From the NCBI RefSeq assembly GCF_009914755.1, contig NC_060934.1: a DNA stretch of 64,000 nt; one strand, 5' to 3'. Numbering within the stretch: the stretch's first letter is position 1; each line of letters opens with the position of its first letter. This DNA comes from the human T2T-CHM13v2.0 reference genome, Homo sapiens. A program made the translations under genes and the position numbers. Shown here one piece after another: positions 50,645 through 64,000 of this stretch. The notes beneath the pieces are model-generated. The model ran no database searches and was not told where the DNA came from. It worked only from the letters and a program-made list of their open reading frames with translations.

Positions 50645-51268
50645 CAGATGACCCTTAAATAATGCAGGGGTTAGGGTGCTGTCCCACCCCATGCAGTCGA
50701 AAATTTGTATATAACTTTTTTTTTTTTTTTAAGATGGAGTCTTGCTCTGTTGCCAGGCTGGAGCGCAGTGGGATGATCTTGGCTCACTGCAACCTCCGCC
50801 TCCTGGGTTCAGGGTTCAAGCGATTCTCCTGCCTCAGCCTCCCGAGTAGCTGGGATTACAGGCGTGAGCTACCGTGCCCAGCCGTGTATAACTTTTGACT
50901 CCCCCCAGAGCTCAGCTATGAATAGCTTACTATTGACTGGAAGCCTTACTGATAACATAAACAGTCCATTAACACATATTTTGTATATGTATTATATACT
51001 GTATTCTTACAATAAGTAAGCTACAGGGAATAAGATGTTATTTAAAAAGTCATAAGGAAAATATATTTACTATTAAGTGGATGTGGATCATCATAAAGGT
51101 ATTTGTCTTTATGGTCTTCATGCTGAGGAGGAGGAAAAGGAGGAAGAGGAAGAAGAGGGGGGGAGGAGGAGGAAGGGTTGGTCTTGCTGTCTCAGGAGCA
51201 GCAGAGGTGGAAGAAAATCTATAAGTGGATCCACACGGTTCAAGCCCATGTTTTTCAAGGGTCAACTG
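50645..51268 (+). mobile_element. Tigger2a-like element split by an Alu monomer (~50715-50883)
   Basis: TIRs cagatgaccctt / aagggtcaactg; internal ttgactggaagccttactgataacataaacag and GA-rich tract. Confidence 0.8.
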
Positions 51269-51786
51269 TAACTATTTTCTTACAACTATCACCCAGTCTT
51301 TTTCTCTTTTTAACTGACTAGCCAGTAAGTAAATCCATCTCGTTTGTAATTTTTTGCATTTTTCAATTCTAGAATTTCCATCCGATTACTTTTTATAGTT
51401 TCCAGCCAAAGTACTCCATCTTGTCTTTAAAGTTTTTGAAAATTCAATTTTTAAAAATCTTGCTTGGGCTGGGCCTGGTGGCTGTGGCCTATAATCCCTG
51501 CACTTTGGGAGGCTGAGGTGGAAGGACTGCTTGAGGCCAGGAGTTCAGGACCAGCCTGGGCAACATAGGGAGACCCCGTCTCTACAAAACATTAAAAAAT
51601 TACACCAGTATGGTGGCATGCACCTGTAGTCCTAGCTACTTGGGAGGCTGAGGTGGGAGGATCACCTGAGCCCAGGAGTTGAAGCTGCAGTGAGATATAA
51701 TCACACTACTGCACTCCAGCCTAGATACAGAGCAAGACCCTGTCTCAAAATCTTGTTTTGCAACTCCATTAGCTGTATGGTGCTTT

Positions 51787-53492
<1,706 letters not shown>

Positions 53493-53851
53493 TAGCCAGG
53501 ATGGTCTCGATTTCCTGACCTCGTGATCCGCCCGCCTCGGCCTCCCAAAGTGGTGGGATTACAGGCGTGAGCCATTGCGCCCGGCCCGTATACCAGGTTC
53601 TTTTTTTAAGGAGTGTAAACAGCTATATTTTATGGGTGCACAATATTTTTAAAATTGTAACATTTAAGAACTTTTTCATATCTGCTAATTAATTCTACGA
53701 ACAATATTGATGCCTCTTTAATATATGATAGGACACTATTTACTTATTTTCTTTTTTAAAAAATTTTAATTAAAAAAAAAAAGACTATTGGCTGGGCGCA
53801 GTGGCTCATGCCTGTAATCCCAGCGCTTTGGGAGGCCAAGGCGGGCAATCA

Positions 53852-54070
<219 letters not shown>

Positions 54071-54409
54071 TCAAAAAAAAGAAGAACCTAGTAACAGTAC
54101 ACTTTAAGTTCTTCTCTTTAATCTTTTCTATGATTGTTTTTATTTATAAATGTGCAATAAACCCATAATACATTCCACTATATTTCTTTTTGAAAGTCAA
54201 TAATTTTTATAGAGATCAAAAATAAAAGTAAAAAAGTTTTTATATTTAATTTTAGTCATTTCCAGAAATCTTCATTTTTTGTGTGTAGATTTCTTTGCTT
54301 TGTGTATAATACCAGATTCTGTGATATCATATTCCTCTTGCTTAAAGAACTTTTTTTTTTTTTTTTTTTTGAGACAAGCTCTTGCTTTGTCACCCAGGCT
54401 AGAGCATAG

Positions 54410-54631
<222 letters not shown>

Positions 54632-54704
54632 TGAACGACCGCGCCTGGCCTAAGAACTCTCTTTAACATTTCTTTTCTTTCTTTCTTTCTTTTTTTTTTT
54701 TTGA

Positions 54705-55013
<309 letters not shown>

Positions 55014-55394
55014 TAATAAATTGTTAGGTTTGTTTTCTAAAGAAGTATTCATTTTGCCTTCATTTTTGAAAAGTATTTTCATTGAGTATAGAACTCTGGT
55101 TAAAAGTGGGTTTTTTCAATATTTTTTAAATGTCACTTTATTGTCTTCTGGTTTGCACAGTTTCTAATGAAAAACCTGGTATAATTCTTATCTTCGTTCC
55201 TCTGCATTTAATGTGTCTTCTGTTTTTGGTCGTCTTCAAAATTTTCTCTTTCTCTTTGGTTTTCAGTAGTGTGGTGGGCGGCTAGGTTGCTAGAGGGTGT
55301 TTCTTTTCCTTTGAGACAAGCATCTTGCTCTGTTGTCCAGGCTGGAGTACAGTGGTATGATTACAGCTCACTGCAGCCTCGAACTCCTGGGCAG

Positions 55395-56720
<1,326 letters not shown>

Positions 56721-59700
56721 TGTCTTGGTCCATTTTGTGCTGCTATAAGAGAATATCTGAAGACTAGGTAACTTATAAAGAAGAAAATGTATTTAGCTCC
56801 CAAACTTTCAAGTTCTGGAGCCTGGAAAGTCCAATATGAAGGTGCCAGCATCTAATGAGGGCTTTCCTGCCACATCATCCCATGGCGGAAAATGAGAGGG
56901 TGGGAAAGGATGAGAGAAGGCTGAACTCGATTTTATAACAAACCCACTATCTTGACAATGAACCCACTCCCGTGATAACAACCTTAATCCATTCATGAAG
57001 GCAGATCACTCATGACCTAATCACCTCTTACACATCCCATCTCTCTTTTTTTTTTTTTTTTTGTATTTTTTTTTAAATTTATTTTTTTATTGATAATTCT
57101 TGGGTGTTTCTCACAGAGGGGGATTTGGCAGGGTCATGGGACAATAGTGGAGGGAAGGTCAGCAGATAAACAAGTGAACAAAGGTCTCTGGTTTTCCTAG
57201 GCAGAGGACCCTGCGGCCTTCCGCAGTGTTTGTGTCCCTGATTACTTGAGATTAGGGATTGGTGATGACTCTTAACGAGCATGCTGCCTTCAAGCATCTG
57301 TTTAACAAAGCACATCTTGCACCGCCCTTAATCCATTTAACCCTGAGTGGACACAGCACATGTTTCAGAGAGCACAGGGTTGGGGGTAAGGTCACAGATC
57401 AACAGGATCCCAAGGCAGAGGAATTTTTCTTAGTGCAGAACAAAATGAAAAGTCTCCCATGTCTACTTCTTTCTACACAGACACGGCAACCATCCGATTT
57501 CTCAATCTTTTCCCCACCTTTCCCGCCTTTCTATTCCACAAAGCCGCCATTGTCATCCTGGCCCGTTCTCAATGAGCTGTTGGGCACACCTCCCAGACGG
57601 GGTGGTGGCCGGGCAGAGGGGCTCCTCACTTCCCAGTAGGGGCGGCCGGGCAGAGGCGCCCCTCACCTCCCGGACGGGGCGGCTGGCCAGGCAGGGGGGC
57701 CGACCCCCCCCCACCTCCCTCCCGGACGGGGCGGCTGGCCGGGCGGGGGGCCGACCCCCCCACCTCCCTCCCGGACGGGGCGGCTGGCCGGGCAGAGGGG
57801 CTCCTCACTTCCCAGTAGGGGCGGCCGGGCAGAGGCGCCCCTCACCTCCCGGACAGGGCGGCTGGCTGGGCGGGGGGGCTGACCCCCCCCCACCTCCCTC
57901 CCGGACGGGGCGGCTGGCCGGGCGGGGGGCCGACCCCCCCACCTCCCTCCCGGACGGGGCGGCTGGCCGGGCGGGGGGCTGACCCCCCCACCTCCCTCCC
58001 GGACGGGGCGGCTGGCCGGGCAGAGGGGCTCCTCACTTCCCAGTAGGGGCGGCCGGGCAGAGGCGCCCCTCACCTCCCGGACGGGGCGGCTGGCCGGGCG
58101 GGGGGGCCGACCCCCCCCCACCTCCCTCCCGGACGGGGCGGCTGGCCGGGCGGGGGGCCGACCCCCCCACCTCCCTCCCGGACGGGGCGGCTGGCCGGGC
58201 GGGGAGCTGACCCCCCCACCTCCCTCCCGGACGGGGCGGCTGGCCGGGCAGAGGGGCTCCTCACTTCCCAGTAGGGGTGGCCGGGCAGAGGCGCCCCTCA
58301 CCTCCCGGACGGGGCGGCTGGCCGGGCAGGGGGGCCGACCCCCCCCACCTCCCTCCCGGACGGGGCGGCTGGCCGGGCGGGGGGCCGACCCCCCCACCTC
58401 CCTCCCAGACGGGGCGGCTGGCCGGGCGGGGGGCCGACCCCCCCACCTCCCTCCCGGACGGGGCGGCTGGCCGGGCGGGGGGCCGACCCCCCCACCTCCC
58501 TCCCGGACGGGGCAGCTGGCCGGGCAGAGGGGCTCCTCACTTCCCAGTAGGGGTGGCCGGGCAGAGGCGCCCCTCACCTCCCAGACGGGGCGGCTGGCCG
58601 GGCGGAGGGCTGACCCCCCCACCTCCCTCCCGGACAGGGCGGCTGGCCGGGCGGGGGGCTGACCCCCCACCTCCCTCCCGGACGGGGCGGCTGGCCGGGC
58701 AGAGGGGCTCCTCACTTCCCAGTAGGGGCGGCTGGGCAGAGGCGCCCCTCACCTCCCAGACGGGGCGGCTGGCCGGGCGGAGGGCTGACCCCCCCACCTC
58801 CCTCCCGGACGGGGCGGCTGGCCAGGCGGGGGGCTGACCCCCCTACCTCCCTCCCGGACGGGGCGGCTGGCCGGGTGGGGGGGCTGACCCCCCCATCTCC
58901 CTCCCAGACGGGGTGGCTGGCCGGGCTGAGGGGCTCCTCACTTCCCAGTAGGGGCGGCCGGGCAGAGGCGCCCCTCACCTCCCGGACGGGGCGGCTGGCC
59001 GGGCGGGGGGCTGACCCCCCCACCTCCCTCCCGGACGGCACGGCTGGCCGGGCGGGGGGGCTGACCCCCCACCTCCCTCCCGGATGGGGCGGCTGGCCGG
59101 GCGGGGGGCTGACCCCCCCCACCTCCCTCCCGGACGGGGTGGCTGCCCGGCGGAGACGCTCCTCACTTCCCAGATGGGGTGGCTGCCGGGCGGAGAGGCT
59201 CCTCACTTCTCAGACGGGGCGGTTGCCAGGCAGAGGGTCTCCTCACTTCTCAGACGGGGCGGCCGGGCAGAGACGCTCCTCACCTCCCAGACGGGGTCTC
59301 GGCCGGGCAGAGGCGCTCCTCACATCCCAGATGGGGCGGCGGGGCAGAGGCGCTCCCCACATCTCAGACGATGGGCGGCCGGGCAGAGACGCTCCTCACT
59401 TCCTAGATGTGATGGCGGCTGGGAAGAGGCGCTCCTCACTTCCTAGATGGGATGGCGGCCGGGCGGAGACGCTCCTCACTTTCCAGACTGGGCAGCCAGG
59501 CAGAGGGGCTCCTCACATCCCAGACGATGGGCGGCCAGGCAGAGACACTCCTCACTTCCCAGACGGGGTGGCAGCCGGGCAGAGGCTGCAATCTCGGCAC
59601 TTTGGGAGGCCAAGGCAGGCGGCTGCTCCTTGCCCTCGGGCCCCGCGGGGCCCGTCCGCTCCTCCAGCCCCACATCCCATCTCTCAACACTGTTGCATTA

Positions 59701-59751
59701 GGGATTACATTTACAACACAAAACTTTGTGGGATACATTCAACTCATAGCA
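56721..59751 (-). mobile_element. MST-type MaLR 5' LTR, split by the SVA (pieces 56721-57045 and 59686-59751)
   Basis: tgtcttggtccattttgtgctgctataa...tcacctctta|SVA|aacactgttgcatt...cattcaactcatagca. Confidence 0.8.
57046..59670 (-). mobile_element. SVA_F1 (MAST2-SVA) retrotransposon, 5'-truncated
   Basis: Poly(A) ~57046-57090, SINE-R ~57090-57585, GC-rich VNTR ~57585-59580, short Alu-like remnant ~59580-59622, then 47 nt encoding LEERTGPAGPEGKEQ (MAST2 exon-1 end) in place of the CCCTCT hexamer; perfect 15-bp TSD cacatcccatctctc at 57031-57045 and 59671-59685. Confidence 0.95.
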
Positions 59752-59833
59752 TTTGCATAATTTATGAAGTTAAAAAATCAATCAACCAAAAAATTGTTCC
59801 CCCTTAAACATGGGAGAAGGAAAGATGGGCTGA

Positions 59834-60088
<255 letters not shown>

Positions 60089-60286
60089 TAGTGCTAAACA
60101 TTTTAAAACCATATGATATGAGTGTGATTATTAGCCGGCCTTTTTTTAAAAAGGCTAAACTCAAAACAAAACAATAAAACAACACATGCTGAGAAAGAGT
60201 AAATGCCTTGCCCAACATCACAGAGTTAGGAAGTTTAGAGAAAAGTCCATACTTTTAACTACTGGGTAACACTACCTTCTATATTC

Positions 60287-60372
60287 AGGAATATATATAT
60301 AAACACTGTATAAAAAATTCAGATGCTAAGGAATATATATATAAACACTGTACAAAAAATTCAGATACTAAG
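60287..60372 (+). repeat. Tandem duplication, 42-bp period
   Basis: aggaatatatatataaacactgta(t/c)aaaaaattcagat(g/a)cta twice. Confidence 0.9.
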
Positions 60373-61129
60373 CAAAGGTAAGAAGATGAGAATATTGTCC
60401 ATGTGATATTTGGCGCATTGCCACACTAGTGACTACAGAATCTAGAGTATTAGATTCATTGAATTTCCAGCTCTTGAATCTTCATGTTATATGTTCATTA
60501 TAATTAAATCCACTACAATAACAACAACAAAAATCAGATAGTCTGGAGCTTCTCAGGACATTCATTTACCAATACCATTATAACAAAGCTCTTTGAGGGC
60601 AGGAGCCTTGTCCTATTAATATTTATATTCTCCACTAGATATTTATATCTAGTATGATAGACCCTGGATAAATTTCTAACTGAAAATCTCCCTATAATAA
60701 CAGATTTCCAAAATCCAGACAAGGCACATTTATTTCAAGTAATATTTGCTAGAGAAATGCTCTAGTTTACCATAAAAGAATTAGAAGAGCCCCTTGAGCT
60801 ACTTTTCTCCATTATCATTATTGTAGTTGTCATTGGTATTATCATTATTATCATTACCATGGCAACCACCATTTATTAAGTGCTTACTCTATGCCAGTGA
60901 TTGACATGCAACAACTCATTTTATCATCACAATACTATTATGAGAAAGATATTACCATCCCTATGCTACTTAAAGGACACTGGGGCTCGAAGAAGTTAAG
61001 AAACTAATCAGGCCGGGCTTGGTGGCTCACACTTGTAATCCTAGCACTTTGGGAGGGTGAGGCGGGCAGATCTCAAGGTCAGGAGTTCAAGACCAGCCTG
61101 ACCAATATGGTGAAACCTCGTCTCTACTA

Positions 61130-61321
<192 letters not shown>

Positions 61322-61371
61322 TCAAAGCACACAGTAAAATTGGTGGGACTTGAATTCAAAATCATGTTTGC

Positions 61372-61888
61372 ATTTGACCCATTATTGGGTATATACTCAA
61401 ATAAATAGAACTCATTCTACCATAAAGACACATGCACTTGCATGTTTGTTGCAGCACTATTCACCATAGCAAAGACAAGGAATCAATCCAAATGTCCATC
61501 CTAAGTAGACTGGATAAAGAAAATGTGGTACATATACACCATGGAATAGTACACAGCCATAAAAAAGAATGAGATTATGTTCTTTGCAGCAACATGGATG
61601 GAGATGGAGGCCATTACCCTAAGCAAACTAATGCAGGATCAGAAAAGCAAACACCACATGTTTTCACTTATCAGTAGGAGCTGAACATTGAGATAAAGAA
61701 GGGAGCAATAGATGCCAGGGCCTAATTGAAGGTGGAGGGTAGGAGGAGGGTGAGGATTGAAAAACTCCCAAAAGAGTTCTATGCTTATTACTTGGGTGAC
61801 AAAATAATATGTACACCAAACCCCTGCAACATGTGATTTATCTATAGAACCAACCTGTACATGTACCTCTGAAACTAAAAGTTTTAAA
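61372..61888 (+). mobile_element. Older L1PA 3' end
   Basis: ccataaagacacatgcac...tggataaagaaaatgtggtacatatacaccatggaa...gggtgacaaaataatatgtacaccaaaccc. Confidence 0.82.
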
Positions 61889-62201
61889 CAATCACGTTTA
61901 TTTGACTCCATTCATTCAGCTTTTCAAAAATATCTATTGCAGCTACTATATGCCAGACACTTTTTAGAAACCGGGTTCAAAATTCAAAAAGTACAAAAAT
62001 GGCAGCATAAAGCCACTTCCCATTTCATTCTCCCCTGCCCCTCTCCACCACTATGTCTACACCACCAACTAGCTTCCCCCTTTTGAGCAACCAATGTTAT
62101 CAGTTTCTGGTGAGGCCTGTAACTTCAGTCAGGGAGTTCTTTTTTGGGTCAAACCTTGGCGTGGGCAATCTCTCCTACCACTCTCACACCTCTCCGAATG
62201 A

Positions 62202-62438
<237 letters not shown>

Positions 62439-62457
62439 TGAACTCCTGACCTCGTGA

Positions 62458-62613
<156 letters not shown>

Positions 62614-63314
62614 TGAAGTCCTTGTGGAACGGGAGAGTGAGTTCCTGTAGGTTAATTCACAATGTCTTTACCATGAAGCTTCTGTTTCTCTAGGAGGCGG
62701 CCATCCTCAGCTCTCATAGATCCCCACACTTAGAAAGTCCACACTACTTCCCTTCCACCTCTGTCTGAACCAAGCTCTCTCTGACAGCCCTGCAGAACAC
62801 AGGTCTTGCGACTTCAAAATGTCGCATCACAACATTTTGTTGCCTTTTCCTTCTCTCAAAATAGAATCTTTACAGTGCTCCTTAAAGTGAAGGATGGTGG
62901 AATTTTGTGGCCATATGATCTGAGAGGACGTTGTGAAAATTTTAAAAACAGGGACAGAATTTGGACTGGCTTTCAGGTTTTCCAATAGACTTTGAGTTCT
63001 CTGGCAGTAAGTCCCTCTTCCCCTACTTTCTCGGTGCTGATGAGAAGGGCACCTGGTTGGTGAAAAACATGCAAATTAAGAGGCACAGGATCAAGAGGAA
63101 CAGGCTGCTCCTCTTGAATAGAGGTGTCCGTGGTCCAGACAGCATGAGTCCTGGTTTATCATTGAGATTAATAGTACTGGCCAGGTGTGGTGGCTCACAC
63201 CTCTAATCCCAGCACTTTGGGAGGCTGAAGCTGGCGGATCACCTGAGGTCGGGAGTTCGAGACCAGCCTGACCAATATGGTGAAACCGCATCTCTACTAA
63301 AAATACAAAAACTA

Positions 63315-63786
<472 letters not shown>

Positions 63787-64000
63787 TCATGCCTGTAATC
63801 CCAGCACTTTGGGAGGCCGAGGCGGGCGGATTACGAGGTCAAGAGATCGAGACCATCCTGGCTAATACAGTGAAACTCCGTCTCTACTAAAAATACAAAA
63901 AATTAGCCGGGCATGGTGGCGGGTGCCTGTAGTCCTAGCTACTCGGGAGGCTGAGGCAGGAGAATGGCGTGAACCCGGGAGGTGGAGCTTGCAGTGAGCC

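Noticed and set aside
57585-59160. Repeat-spacer-like periodicity suggestive of a CRISPR array
   Set aside because: Intervening units are themselves repeats; it is an SVA VNTR in human DNA with no cas genes.
57572-59807. Long Pro/Gly/Arg-rich ORFs up to 350 aa
   Set aside because: Stop-poor GC-rich SVA VNTR read in several frames; no sign of coding function.

Overview
Human (primate) genomic DNA, recognisable as the IDE-KIF11-HHEX region of chr10q23.33 (locus identity comes from knowledge of the encoded protein, not a database search). Positions 75-~38735 (+) carry the last 14 exons (9-22) of KIF11 (kinesin-5/Eg5). They splice with GT-AG junctions into one open frame of 2139 nt (712 aa + stop): end of motor domain, coiled-coil stalk, BimC box with the CDK1 site, KEN box and D-box. 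A ~1.6 kb 3'UTR follows, with an Alu and several AATAAA signals. The downstream intergenic part is almost all transposon-derived. It holds a nearly intact processed copy of EIF2S2 (eIF2-beta; minus strand, 323-aa ORF, poly(A), TSD) and a human-specific SVA_F1 with a captured MAST2 exon-1 fragment inserted into an MST LTR. There is also a tailless 5' U2 snRNA retrocopy, old L1s, MaLR LTRs and DNA transposons. Roughly 60-65 Alus occur across the window, including one AluYb8. Most ORF-track entries are Alu/L1/SVA artefacts. The best leads are: (1) a duplicated ~119-bp unit in the last KIF11 intron, each copy framing a 54-nt CAG|CAT-TGA...TGG|GTAAGT cryptic exon that would cut off the degron-bearing tail; (2) exon junctions that rebuild 5' splice sites (recursive-splicing candidates, including the BimC-box exon); (3) a perfect 27-bp fold-back hairpin made by template switching, next to the U2 retrocopy; (4) the co-oriented SVA_F1 / MST / EIF2S2 retrocopy block. 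None is shown to be functional from sequence alone.
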